DNA from: Ascoidea asiatica JCM 7603
Taxonomy: Eukaryota; Fungi; Ascomycota
NCBI GenBank assembly: GCA_001600695.1
Contig: BCKQ01000001.1
Span: 2,649,228 to 2,713,227 of the forward strand
Reading direction: 5' to 3'
Length of the DNA: 64,000 nucleotides
Shown: positions 11,208 through 22,947 of the stretch, one piece after another
How positions within the stretch are numbered: the stretch's first letter is position 1
Layout of the letters: each line of letters begins with the position of its first letter
The notes under the pieces: generated by a model
Database searches by the model: none
What the model saw: the letters and a program-made list of their open reading frames with translations, nothing else
Told to the model about the DNA's origin: nothing
Program-made: the position numbers and the translations under genes

Positions 11208-12128
11208 CTAAACTAAAGTTGTTAATTTAGCAGAAAGTTCAATTTGAGTTTTAATTGAACTTGCAAGATATTCAACCATGAAAGTATCTTGAATATGAGA
11301 ATTGAACATATTTTCAATATTTTCAATACCAAGTTTTGTTGGAGATGCAGGTATATTACTCAAAAGATATTTTCCAAGATTATCATCACCTTCAATATCA
11401 CCATTAATAACTTTTGTTACATAATCTGAAGCTTTATCAATTAATTCAGTAATCTTACTTAAATCATTTGTAAGAACTTCTAATTCATTTGAATGACCAC
11501 TTGGTAATTCAATAGATCTATTAACATTATTATCATTTGCTTTAGAAGCCCAAGATAATACAGTTTTTTCTTCTTTAGAATAAACTACAGTATGTGGAAT
11601 TGGAACAAAAGCAGTTGAATTTTGTTCATTTACAGCAGATTTTCCAACCATAGTTGTAATATAAGAACTTAATTGTGGAACACATGCTGCATTACCTTCT
11701 TTTGATTTTAAAGTTAAATGAACTATTGGAATAGAATAATTTCCATCAGTATAAAAGTTATTAATTAAACTTGAATACATATCTATTTCTGGAATTGTAG
11801 AAAACCAACCAACAATTGAAATTTTTGAATTTGCTTTTTTATATATATTTAAAAATGTTTTATGATTATATTCATTAACAGTAACATTATCATCTTCTTC
11901 ATTATGCTGAACAATATAAGCATCCTGAATTTCAATTTCAGAATTATCATCAGAACGACTACCTAATAAAGTTCCAATTACTCTACTATTACCTTCTTGA
12001 ACACGTAAAGCAGCTTCATAAATTGAAAATACTGCATTTGGTTGAATTGAAATTTTAATTGTGGATGAAGATAAAGCTGAAGATGCTAAAGAACTCGGCT
12101 TGACAAGATGTAAATTTTTAGAGCTCAT
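11208..12128 (-). CDS. Translation initiation factor eIF3 subunit F (MPN domain)
   Basis: RVIGTLLGSRSDD..EIEIQDAY, IVGWFST, C-terminal IENMFNSHIQDTFMVEYLASSIKTQIELS typical of fungal eIF3f; no JAMM metal ligands. Confidence 0.85.
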   Translation of the reverse strand: MSSKNLHLVKPSSLASSALSSSTIKISIQPNAVFSIYEAALRVQEGNSRVIGTLLGSRSDDNSEIEIQDAYIVQHNEEDDNVTVNEYNHKTFLNIYKKANSKISIVGWFSTIPEIDMYSSLINNFYTDGNYSIPIVHLTLKSKEGNAACVPQLSSYITTMVGKSAVNEQNSTAFVPIPHTVVYSKEEKTVLSWASKANDNNVNRSIELPSGHSNELEVLTNDLSKITELIDKASDYVTKVINGDIEGDDNLGKYLLSNIPASPTKLGIENIENMFNSHIQDTFMVEYLASSIKTQIELSAKLTTLV

Positions 12129-12364
12129 TTTTAAATAATTTTATTCTAAAAAACTTTTGTTTATCTAGTTGAATAACACTAATATCACTTTGATATTGTT
12201 TTAATTTCTGATTTGAATATTGTTTTATATTTAATATACTTGGTACGAATATCTATAATTTTTCAATCAACTTTAGTTATTCTTCATTATGATAAGGTAA
12301 CTGCTAATTTGTGTTTTTGAAAAAGTTTTCGTTTTCGTTTTGCTTTCCTTAACGTTATGATTCA

Positions 12365-13127
12365 CACGTGATCATACACCTACAGTAACTATTACAGCAC
12401 TGTAAATCACAACTCATTATTATCTATCCATAAACTATCAAAGTTTCAATCGACAGTCAAAATTCCTTCTGATTTGATTATTTTATAAATTCAAGGTTTG
12501 ATAACTGACTTCATTGGTAGCATGATTAATAATAGAGGATGCTTTATCTACAATATTTTTAAAAAACATTTCTTCAATGAAGAAGCTCATATTAAAGCTA
12601 TACAAAGATGGGTCACTTTGTGTTAAAGTCTATGAGAAGATTTTGATTTAGAATCCTCGCTGCAATTTCACGTACAATGATCTGGAAGATTATTCACTAA
12701 CTTTTTTGATAAATTTTCTGACTTCTCTATCGAGCAACATTGTGATTTGTAAGTTTTTTTTTTTTTTCTTTGGCATTTTCTTTTGTTTTGACCAAAATTA
12801 TTTTAGATTTTAGATTCATATATATTTTTGAATATATCTCACTTTTTCGAATTAAGAAGTAAAAAAGAAATCAGAATATAATAATTGGAAAAAAAAAAAA
12901 AAAAAAATAAATAGAATAAAAACTTCAAAATCAGGATCTATTTTTTTGAATAAGATTTTTATTTTGCCAAATTGAACGAAATAAAAAAAAAAAAGAAAAT
13001 TGTTTTCAGTGAGAAAAACGTATTCAGCTTTCAGTGGTTTTTGAGACCACTTTTTTGGGTTAGCAAACCACGAAGCCTCTTTTCCCACAGTAAGTTTAAT
13101 TAAATCACATGACTCTAAACACGTGAT
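12365..13127. promoter_or_regulatory. Three RTCACRTG (Cbf1-type E-box) sites in the eIF3f/BCP1 divergent promoter
   Basis: CACGTGAT 12365-12372, ATCACATG 13104-13111, CACGTGAT 13120-13127. Confidence 0.6.
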
Positions 13128-13300
13128 ATTTTTGTATTATTTTAATTTTAAGTTTGAGAAAAATAGCTTCGTTTTTTACTGAAAAGATTAACGCTGTAAT
13201 GAAAAAATAGTTTTGAAATGAAAAAAAACTTACATAGGGATTTGATATTTTTTATTAGATAGACAATTGATTTCAAAACTTATATATAAACCAATAGAAA

Positions 13301-14245
13301 ATGGCAAAGCGAAGTAGAGCTGCCCGAAATGGGGAAGCTTCGGATGAACAAATAAACTCAGACATAGATTTAAGTTCTTCTGAGGAGTCAAGTAGTGAAG
13401 ATGTTGATGTTGAAAGAGATTCAAATGGTCAAGAAATTGTAAATGTAGATTTTGATTTTTTTGATCTTGATCCAGAGGTTGATTTTCATGCAACAAGAAC
13501 ATTTTTAAAGCAATTATTTGGAGATGATTATCAACAATTTGATCTTTCTTCTTTAGCCAATTTAATCTTAGATCCACAAAACTCAAAAGTAGGAACAACA
13601 ATTAAAACTGATGGTAAAACAAGTGATCCCTTTGCAATTCTCACCTCTATTTCTTTAAATAATTATTTTCAATCACCTTCTGTTAACACTCTCATTGATT
13701 ATATTAATACGAAACTTAAAACTTCATCAAGGCCAGATTTTCTCATGCTTTTGCAAAAGGCTCTTCAAATAAATAATGGTGATAATGTAGGATTGATAAT
13801 AAATGAAAGAATAATAAATTTACCTGTTGAAATTATGCCTCCAGCTTTCAAATTTTTAACAAAAGAGATTTGTTCTAAAGAATCCAATCAAAATTATTTT
13901 TTAATAATATCTAAGGTTTATAAAATGGTGGATTCTTCAATAAGTGATGACTCTGATATGGACTCAGATATAGATTCAAATCAAACAAATTCTCATAAAA
14001 AAATCAAAAAAAGTGAAGATAAAAATCAGCAAGAATTTGAATATTTTCATTATGAAGATATTGTTTTAGAAAAATATTCTTCAAAACATATTATTTTACC
14101 ATATGATAATCAATTACAGGATACTGATTCTAGACGAGTTTTCAATAATTATGGTATTCAACCTCATTTAAGTTTAATCTTTATTGAAAAAAATAATTTA
14201 TTAAAAGCGGTTCCTGAAATGGAATTAAAATTTCCAACTTTTTAA
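13301..14245 (+). CDS. BCP1: Bcp1 (BCCIP family; 60S biogenesis)
   Basis: VNVDFDFFDLDPEVDFHATRTFLKQLFGDD, GTTIKTDG..SDPF, INERIINLPVEI.PP, DSRRVF..YGI.P. Confidence 0.93.
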   Translation: MAKRSRAARNGEASDEQINSDIDLSSSEESSSEDVDVERDSNGQEIVNVDFDFFDLDPEVDFHATRTFLKQLFGDDYQQFDLSSLANLILDPQNSKVGTTIKTDGKTSDPFAILTSISLNNYFQSPSVNTLIDYINTKLKTSSRPDFLMLLQKALQINNGDNVGLIINERIINLPVEIMPPAFKFLTKEICSKESNQNYFLIISKVYKMVDSSISDDSDMDSDIDSNQTNSHKKIKKSEDKNQQEFEYFHYEDIVLEKYSSKHIILPYDNQLQDTDSRRVFNNYGIQPHLSLIFIEKNNLLKAVPEMELKFPTF

Positions 14246-15045
14246 TCTTTTTTAATCTACTTTTTATCAATAAAAACATATAATAGTAATCTTTTTAGAA
14301 ATACCGAGAATATATTTTTATATATACTGTATATATTGTGTATGTTTATTCATAATGTTAAATAGTGCAGGATTATAGTATGATTGATTTTTGGTTAAGT
14401 GATTTAAAATAAGGAATAATTAGGAAAGTAAAACCTATTGGAGTTTTGTACTCTGTAGGAATAGTTTAGTTTTAGAGGAATAATAAATAATGAAAAAATA
14501 TTGAAAAATAGCAAAAGTAAAGTTGAATGAAACAAAAAAGATAAAAAAAAAACGAAAAAAATCGTATACAAGTACAAGTAGTAATTACAAAATTTAGTAA
14601 GCGAAAAGCAAATGAGAAAGAAAAGTTTTCACTAAAACAAAGTAGGATGTATAAATTTTTAATATAAGATTATATAAAAATAATTAAAAAATAGTAATTA
14701 AAAGTAAAAACTTAGACGAGATTAAAAGGAGGATATATCAAAATAATAAAAACAAGAGGAAAATAATTGAATAAATATAAAAAAAATTTTTAAGCATGAC
14801 CAATTATAAATAAAATAAGGTAAATTAAAAGGAGATAAAATAAGATAAGATAAGATAGGATAAGAAAACAATAAAATGAAAAAATAAAAGATCAACTAAA
14901 AAGAACAATCAAAAAAGCAGTAGGATTAAATTCAAAACATCACAGAAAATGTAATGTTAATGAGGATCAAAAATTAATAGAGGATATTAAAGTGACAAAA
15001 GGCAAAAATGACATATAATAAAAACAAATTACCGCAAATAAATGT

Positions 15046-15093
15046 TAATAATAATAATGATAATAATAATAATAATAGTAATAATAGTAGTAG
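15046..15093. repeat. (AAT)n/(AGT)n microsatellite
   Basis: Directly visible in the SRP1 3' region. Confidence 0.8.
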
Positions 15094-15329
15094 TTAAAGC
15101 AAATTAAAGATGGAAACAGAATATAAGGGATAAATATCACTAGCTTTTTTTTTCATTTTTTGAATTTTTTAGTTTTTTTTTTTTCTAAAAAAAATAACAA
15201 AATTAAAAAGAATCTGACTGTAGAGTTTTTCTTTTTTCTTTCTTTCTTTAAAGCCGATATATGTATTTATATTAGAAATTTATTTTCGTTTGTTAAGAGA
15301 TATATTGATAACCAAAAAATAATTCAAAT

Positions 15330-16958
15330 TTAAAAATTGAAATTTCCTTCAGTTTGCTGAGTTCCAAAACCAAAAGAATCACCTTGAATATCAGGATTCA
15401 AATTATTTGTAGCAGGTTCATCAAGACCATCATCATCATTGAAATATTTATCAATAATATTATAAGCTTTTCTATAAATTTTTTCATTACCATTTCTTTG
15501 ACATTCAAAAATTTTATCCATTCCACCAGCATCTTCAATAAATACCGAATATTTATTTATTGTTGAACCAGAAGCTTCTTTATCCATTTCACCCATTCTA
15601 AGAATATTTTCTAAAGCATCAAGAGTAACTTCAATAATTTTATTATCAGCTTCAGCTAATAAATCACATAAAGGTCTAATACAACCTTGAGAAACTAAAT
15701 ATCTAATTTGATCAGGTTTTGTTAAACCACCAGAAGAAGCATTTGAAATAGCCCAACAAGCTTCTTTTCTTGTTTTATAATCACCATTTGCAGCTAATAA
15801 TTTTATTAAAGGAGGAATTAAATTTGCATCAATAACAGCTTGAATTTGTTCAGTATTACCAGCAGTTATATTTGAAATTGTCCAACAAGCTTCTTTTCTA
15901 ATTGATTCTTTTGCAGAAGATAATAAAGGTAATAAAGCAGGTAAAACACCCGAATTTATAACAATTTGAGTTTGTTTATCATCACCAGTTACAATATTAC
16001 CAACAGCTCTTAAAGCAGGAGTTTGAACTAAAGTTGAATCATGATTTAATAATTCAACTAATCTTTTTGGAATTCTAACATTAATTACGGCTTGAATTGC
16101 ATCACTTGGACCATCAGATAAATAAGAAATTGCCCAACAAGCATCAATTAAAGTTTCAACATCAGTTGAATAAATTAATTTAGCTAAAGTTGGTAAAGCA
16201 GCAGAAACTAAAGACCAATTTGGTTGAGGATTTTTACCTCTACAAAGATTTGAAAGAGTCCAAGTTGCAGTTCTTAATAAAGACATTTTTTCACAATTAA
16301 ATAAAGCTAAAACTGGAGCCATTGCATTACAACTTAAAACATAATCTCTATATTGAGAACAATCTCCAGCAACATTACCTAAAGCCCAAATTGCTTGTTC
16401 TTTAACTTCTAAAGAAGAAGAATATAATAATTGAACAAATAAAGGTACAGCAGAACTATCTACAACAACTTTAGTTTGTTTTGAAGTTCCAGAAGCAATA
16501 TTTGTTAAAGCCCAAGCAGCTTCTAATTCTAAAATTTCAGGTTTATCTTGCATAAAATTAACTAAAATTGGTACAACACCAGTTTCAATAACTAAATCAA
16601 TTGGAGGATTATGTTCTCTTGATAAAATTTGTCTAAATTTAGTTGTTGCAGCCATTTGAGAATTAAAATCATTTGATTGAATTTGTTCCATCATTTTTGG
16701 TAAATCTTGTTGTAATTGAGATAAAAATTTTGATTCATCATGTTCATTTTCATTATCAGAATCATCATCAGAATCTAATAAATCAGAATCAACTAAATTA
16801 CGTCTTTTTGCTAAAGTTTCATCTCTTTTTTGTTTACGTAATTCAACTTGTTGATTTTCACGACGACGACGTAATTCATCAGCAGCAAATCTACCTTTAT
16901 TTTTGAATTGAGTACGACGATGTTCTGGAATAAATCTTGTTGTTGAATCAGTATCCAT
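15330..16958 (-). CDS. SRP1: Importin alpha (karyopherin alpha)
   Basis: IBB domain ([26 protein letters not shown]), ARM repeats ([24 protein letters not shown]), C-terminal FNF. Confidence 0.98.
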   Translation of the reverse strand: MDTDSTTRFIPEHRRTQFKNKGRFAADELRRRRENQQVELRKQKRDETLAKRRNLVDSDLLDSDDDSDNENEHDESKFLSQLQQDLPKMMEQIQSNDFNSQMAATTKFRQILSREHNPPIDLVIETGVVPILVNFMQDKPEILELEAAWALTNIASGTSKQTKVVVDSSAVPLFVQLLYSSSLEVKEQAIWALGNVAGDCSQYRDYVLSCNAMAPVLALFNCEKMSLLRTATWTLSNLCRGKNPQPNWSLVSAALPTLAKLIYSTDVETLIDACWAISYLSDGPSDAIQAVINVRIPKRLVELLNHDSTLVQTPALRAVGNIVTGDDKQTQIVINSGVLPALLPLLSSAKESIRKEACWTISNITAGNTEQIQAVIDANLIPPLIKLLAANGDYKTRKEACWAISNASSGGLTKPDQIRYLVSQGCIRPLCDLLAEADNKIIEVTLDALENILRMGEMDKEASGSTINKYSVFIEDAGGMDKIFECQRNGNEKIYRKAYNIIDKYFNDDDGLDEPATNNLNPDIQGDSFGFGTQQTEGNFNF

Positions 16959-16998
16959 TTTTAATTTTATATTATATGATATTATATTTATATATATT

Positions 16999-17047
16999 GT
17001 AATTAGTAATTAGTAATTAGTAATTAGTATTTAGTATTTAGTAATTA
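16999..17047. repeat. Heptamer tandem repeat (GTAATTA/GTATTTA)x7 immediately upstream of the SRP1 ATG
   Basis: gtaattagtaattagtaattagtaattagtatttagtatttagtaatta. Confidence 0.85.
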
Positions 17048-18508
17048 ATTTGAAATAAATTGAATTGAATTATAATAAAACTTTATATTTATGAAAGATA
17101 AACTAATGTAAAAGATATATAATCAAATACGATAGATATTATTGAACTGATTAAGAAGAGGGAGGAGGAGGAGGAGGGGGGTATAGTAATAGGATAACTA
17201 GTTTATTAATTAGATTTATATTTTAATGAATCAATAAATCAATAAATCAGTAAATCGATAAATCAATAATATAATAACAAACAATAAATAATATGAAAAT
17301 AATAAAATATAATATTATATTATATTAAGATAAAAATATTAAAAAAAAAATAATAAAACTTTTGTTAAAAAATTGAAAAAAATGAAAAGTATTTTAAAAA
17401 CATTAAAAGAAGCATTAAAAAGACAATTTTAAAAAAGAGAGGATTAATTGATTTAAGTACGGGTAAAGCTAATACAGTACTGAGACAGAAAGTACTAATT
17501 AACAGTACTAATGGTAGCAATAGTAAGATACAATGTTGGATGGCAGTGGGCACTCCTGGAAGTGGGAGTTTGTGCTACAGCAGCAATGAACGAGCTCCCA
17601 CACCAGCAACACCACTGCTTGGACCTCTCGCACACGAAAACATAGCAACAAAAGTACCTGTGTATAGCGGGATATACTCACTGACTAAGCCAATACATGC
17701 TTGCATATCAGCGTTCCTCATTATTAAAAAATAAAAAAAAGTAGTGCTTTTAATATCACCTTCACCCTGATGAAGCAGAACAATGAAGAGCAACGCGCTC
17801 AGGTGTGTTCCGCCCAACGCAAGTTCCCGGGCGTTGTCTGGCAACACAGAATGAAAAACAAATATCCACTGCAAAACAAATAACAAAACAAAAGCAAAAA
17901 AGTGTTTTGTTGCTACTGCTCTTTAGCAGTAGAACTGGGTCACCTGACACGGCACCTGACTTTAAAAGAAGTTTCTGGAAGATGCTGCTTCATGTACGGC
18001 CAATCTCTTTGAAGTCAGATGATAAAATCCAGGACAGCCCGTTCGGGACACTGTGGGACTGCATCGTCTATAATCCAGGACACCGGAACCTGCTTCGGCA
18101 GTTTTCCGTTATCATATGCCACTTCGGCCAGAAGCGCAGCTGCAACTTTACCCCATCTCCAATCTTCCAACTTCCTTTGCTTTGTTTGCACTTGATCTTC
18201 TTTCTTCTCCAGTTAACGAATTCGTTCGCTCCTTTCACTCCAAATATATTCATTCATTCATCTGATAAAGTAAATTATTATATCAAATCAATTGGTTCGA
18301 TTTTGTTTTGTAGATTCAATTATAATAATATACTTCAATTACCCACAATGATCTTGTTTTCTGATTACTATTTAATATTCTAATATCCTTATATTCTTTT
18401 CCATTTCAATCTTTGCATATATTCTTCTTTTCTCAAATACTTTTCTTATTATAATCCTTCATATTCCTATAATCTTATACTTCATATTCTTTAAAAATAA
18501 TCCAAGAA

Positions 18509-19453
18509 ATGACAAATTCTGTTTCTTCTTTAAAAAATAATTATCAATTAACTGCTTTTGATAAAGCCTTAGTTGGTGCTTTAGCTTCTGTAATTGCAAA
18601 TGCTTTACTTTATCCTTTAGATTTATCAAAAACTTTAATTCAAACTCAATCAAAATTATTACCAAATGAAGATATTTCGGAAAATTTAAATAAATATAAA
18701 AATTCATTAGATTGTTTAATAAAAATTATTAAAAAAAAAAATTCTTTTTTCGCTTTATATTATGGCTTTTTACCTTCTTTATTATCAACTTTTTCAATGA
18801 ATTTTACTTATTTCTTTTGGTATTCAATTATTAGAAAATCTTATTCTAAATTATTTAATAAAAAAAATAAAATTAATTCAGCTTTTATTGAATTATTATT
18901 AGGTGCTATAGCCGCTTCTATTTCTCAATTATTTATTATGCCAATTAATACTATTTCAACTAAACAACAATCAACTTCTTCTGATTCTAATTTGGATTTG
19001 GATTTGCATTCTGATTCAAATTCTGATTCAGTGTCAGATTCTGTTTTAGTTTCTGGCTCTGATACTGATAATAAAAATAAAGTTAAAAATACAAATACAA
19101 ATACAAATACAAATACAAATAAAGGGTTTTTCAATATAGCTAATGATATTATTCAAAATCATGGTATATCTGGTTTATGGTCTGGTTTAAAAGTTTCTTT
19201 AGTATTAACTTCAAATCCTTCAATTACATATGGTACTTTTGAAAGATTAAAATCTTTATTATTACTTTCTTCAAATTCAAATTTAAACAAATCTAATTCA
19301 GAGTTGAAATTAAAACCTTTTCAATCATTCTTATTAGGTATGCTCTCAAAATTAATTGCAACTATTATAACTCAACCATTAATTGTCTCGAAAGCAATGA
19401 TTCAAAAAAAAACTCATATTTTAGAATATAACGATAATAAAAATACTGATACC

Positions 19454-19489
<36 letters not shown>

Positions 19490-19732
19490 CAGGTTAAGAA
19501 AAAAAAAATTATTTTCAAAAATTTTCAACAATGTTTGAAATTTTTATGGTTTCATGAAGGTTTTAAAGGTTTATGGAAAGGTCTTGTACCTCAAATTTCA
19601 AAAGCTGTATTAGTTCAAGGTTTTTTATTCATGTTCAAAGATCAATTAGAAATTTACCTTATTTTTTTAATCAAATTTATTAAAGTCTTTAATAAAAATA
19701 AGTTAAAAATAAATTCAAATAAATTTAAATAA
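18509..19732 (+). CDS. ANT1: Peroxisomal adenine nucleotide transporter Ant1/PMP34 family
   Basis: YPLDLSKTLIQTQ, NFTYFFWYS, SLVLTSNPSITYGTFERLK, TQPLIVSKAMIQ, GLVPQISKAVLVQGFLFMFKDQ. Confidence 0.92.
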
Positions 19733-19787
19733 ATTCAAATAATATTGAATAATATTAAATAATAATTAGATTATAAATATATTATAA

Positions 19788-19838
19788 ATAGATAGATAAT
19801 GAATAGATAGATAATGAATAAATAGATAATGAATAAAT
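19788..19838. repeat. ~15-bp minisatellite (ATAGATAATGAATAR) x~3.5
   Basis: Directly visible downstream of ANT1. Confidence 0.75.
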
Positions 19839-20192
19839 AATTATTAATGCAAAAAAACATGAGTATTTATTTTTCACCTAATGCTGAAATAGAAATTAAT
19901 TAATTTTTTTTTTATAAAATATATAGAAAAAAAAATTTATGATAAAAAAAATATGAGATCAAAAATAAAAGAAAATAAAAATAATATAAAATAATTAAAG
20001 AAAAAAACTAAAATAAAAATATTATAAACCAATAGTATAAAGTAATATATTAATTTTAATGATTTTCAATGATAAAATAAAGAAATTCATTATATAAAAA
20101 GTTTTGAAATGTTGTTACACGATGAGGAAATAAAAAAAATAAAAATAAAATTTATAAAAAGTAATCATTATAATTAATTATTTGAATTGTAT

Positions 20193-22010
20193 TTAAATTG
20201 AATTTAAAATTGAAGTTGAAGTTGAAGTTGAATTTGGATTCAATTTTTGCCTTTTCACTACTCTCAAAATTAATTCATCTATATTAGCAAAATTTTCTTC
20301 ATTTTTTGCAAATCTTCTATGCTTAGTGGTGTAAATATGTTCTTCAAAATCATCATATTTTACTCTACAGTTTTCACAATACCCTTCTTTTTGTTCTTCT
20401 TTGCTTTTTTTTCTCTTTACTATTTCACCTTCAGTATTGTCATTAGATTTTGAATTATTTTTATTACAATTCAATTTAGCTGTTTGCTGAACCCTTTTTC
20501 TTTCAAATAGTTTTCTCTTTAATGAATTAACTTCTCTTGACGGAACTTGAGAAATTGTGGGACCTAATCCATTACCTCTGAATTTATTATTTTGTGAATT
20601 AGAATTTTGTTGAATAGATGTTGTTGTTGGTGGCATTTTTGCAATACTAGTTGATTGTGACACGCCAGAAGCTTGTATTTCATAGAATGTACGTTTAACA
20701 TTAACATTGGAATTGGAATTAGCATTAGCATTAAAATTAGTATTAACATTAACATTATCTAATAATTGAAAAGATATTCTTTTAGAGGATGAATTATTAC
20801 TTATATCAAGAATTTTTCCATTATTATTTTTTTCATTATTAAAATTAATAACATCTCCACCTCTTTTTCTTTTTTGCCTGGTAGATGTTTCTGCTTCATC
20901 TAATGAATCTGGATCAAAAGAATCAGATGTTGAAATATTAATAAAAGAATCTATAATATCAAATTGATCTTCACTATCATCTATAAAATTATCTTGATAG
21001 TTATCAGAATTGAATTTTTGAAAATCATCAAATCGACTTGCAATTCTTAGTCTATTTCTATAATCTTTAGTTAGCATCATTTGTTTTCTACGTTCAGCTT
21101 GTCTTTTTGCACTATTTGTTGAACTTGAATCTGGTATAAAAGGAGATCGACCATCGGTTGAAGCATATAATTTAGGCCAATTTGAATCATCAGAATCTGA
21201 ATGATCTTCTGAGACCCATTCTCTAATAATCATTGGTCTAAATTTTTGTTTGAGATCATAAGCAAAAATGAAAGGATCCTTAAATATATGAAAAACATTT
21301 TTATTATACTTTTCTTGCTTCAATAAAGCAGATAATTTTAAGTTTTTAAGATAATTATGAGATAAAGAAGATATATAACTTAAAAAAGTGGTATGAAATT
21401 CACCAATTTCACCTAAATTTTTGAGGAATCTAAATGCTTTTTCATAAGTCCAGACTTTCATTCTATCATCAAAAGAGAATATATCAGGTTTTGAATAAAT
21501 AATAGATTTATTATAATCTCTTGGAGTTATTACAATTGTAACTTCTTCAGAATCAAAAAAATCAATAATTTTTACACCAAGCTTCAAGAAATGTAATCTT
21601 GCAATCTCTCTCTCTTTTTCTAAAAATTTTTTTTCATTATTAGTATAGTTAGTCTTTGCAGTATCAAAATATATTACAGTTTGTTTCATTATATCTTTCC
21701 ATTGATTTTGCCAATCAGCTAATTCATCTCCTTTAAGCCTAACAATTTTCTCCTGTGAAGCAGCATTTGAATTATTAATTTTTAATGTATCAGCGTTAGC
21801 ATTATTATTTGATTCCTTTGAATCTTGTAAAACTTTTATAGATCTCTGATTATTAGAAAATTGATGTGGAAGAATATGAAATTGAGATATAGGATTGGAT
21901 TGTCTGGATTTGAAGATAGTATTTTTGGATTTTGCTTCCTTTGATGGACTTTGATAGTTGTTGACGTTAGTCTCTTGTAAAGGAGCTCTTGCAAAACATC
22001 CCTTCTCCAT
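20193..22010 (-). CDS. DBF4: Dbf4, regulatory subunit of Cdc7 kinase (DDK)
   Basis: N motif (WQNQWKDIMKQTVIYFD...MKVWTYEK), M motif (YDLKQKFRPMIIREW...GRSPF), C-terminal zinc finger GYCENCRVKYDDFEEHIYTTKHRRFA. Confidence 0.93.
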   Translation of the reverse strand: MEKGCFARAPLQETNVNNYQSPSKEAKSKNTIFKSRQSNPISQFHILPHQFSNNQRSIKVLQDSKESNNNANADTLKINNSNAASQEKIVRLKGDELADWQNQWKDIMKQTVIYFDTAKTNYTNNEKKFLEKEREIARLHFLKLGVKIIDFFDSEEVTIVITPRDYNKSIIYSKPDIFSFDDRMKVWTYEKAFRFLKNLGEIGEFHTTFLSYISSLSHNYLKNLKLSALLKQEKYNKNVFHIFKDPFIFAYDLKQKFRPMIIREWVSEDHSDSDDSNWPKLYASTDGRSPFIPDSSSTNSAKRQAERRKQMMLTKDYRNRLRIASRFDDFQKFNSDNYQDNFIDDSEDQFDIIDSFINISTSDSFDPDSLDEAETSTRQKRKRGGDVINFNNEKNNNGKILDISNNSSSKRISFQLLDNVNVNTNFNANANSNSNVNVKRTFYEIQASGVSQSTSIAKMPPTTTSIQQNSNSQNNKFRGNGLGPTISQVPSREVNSLKRKLFERKRVQQTAKLNCNKNNSKSNDNTEGEIVKRKKSKEEQKEGYCENCRVKYDDFEEHIYTTKHRRFAKNEENFANIDELILRVVKRQKLNPNSTSTSTSILNSI

Positions 22011-22947
22011 CTATATCTGACAAATTGATTGCAGCGGTATTTTGAACATAAAAAAACTCAGAATAAATAGAGCACTTGATTCAGCGGTTATATTATTGAA
22101 AAGTAAACTTAAAATGAATGAGATGCAGTTCAATCAGTCCACTATATTAATAAGTAATATACTAATATAATAATATACTGATATACTAAAATTATGCCAA
22201 AGGAAATGATATAGTTGTGATTATAATTATAATTTAAATTCGTGATATTATGCAAAAAACTACTATCGTTATTATATTGACGATAAAAGGGAAGAATGAA
22301 TCGAAAAGGAGAAAAAAGACAGGAAGAACAACCAGGATACTTTATAGAGATAGAAAAGCTCTTGAAAAAAATATTAAAATATTTTAAGAAAGAATTGAAA
22401 ATTAATTGAATAAGAAAGAGAATAAGAATTCTTAAAAAGAATAAGATGAAGAAACTAGGAAAAAACCACAAATACAAGTGAAATAAACTTGATCAAAATA
22501 AACAAAAACTATTGAAGATATCTTGAAAAGTATTATTAGTGTAGTTAGTGTAAGTAGTAGTGTATAGTTACTGAAGTAAATAACGATAGTAAATAGCGAT
22601 ACACTACAGTACAGTACTAGTACAGTAGTAAGTCAGGATAATAATTGAATGATATCAGCTACAACTAGCTAGCTAACTAAGTTACCAGTTTCTGGCTTCT
22701 GTATTTTCCTTTGTTTTCTTAGGGTCTATCCAAGAAAAAATAAACAAGCAGCAATGGAATTATGTAAGTTCACGTGCAAAAATAAATAAATTATATTTCA
22801 ATAACAGCCTCGTGAGATAATCCGGCAATCGGTATCGCAATCGGATAAAGCTAATTCATCCAACTAGCAATAGAACAATTTTAAGATTGTAACTTTACAT
22901 TATTTTTCGCTGATTCTAAATAAAATAATGATATTTTTATTTTGATT

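Noticed and set aside
12430-12752. Codon-like stretch between eIF3f and BCP1
   Set aside because: Several stops, no recognisable homology; cannot be distinguished from intergenic DNA
13104-13260. CDEI-like motif followed by AT-rich DNA (point centromere?)
   Set aside because: No CDEIII CCG element at a suitable distance on either strand
17805-18383. 192-aa ORF upstream of ANT1
   Set aside because: GTG start, atypical composition, no homology; explained by the GC-rich island and pyrimidine-rich leader
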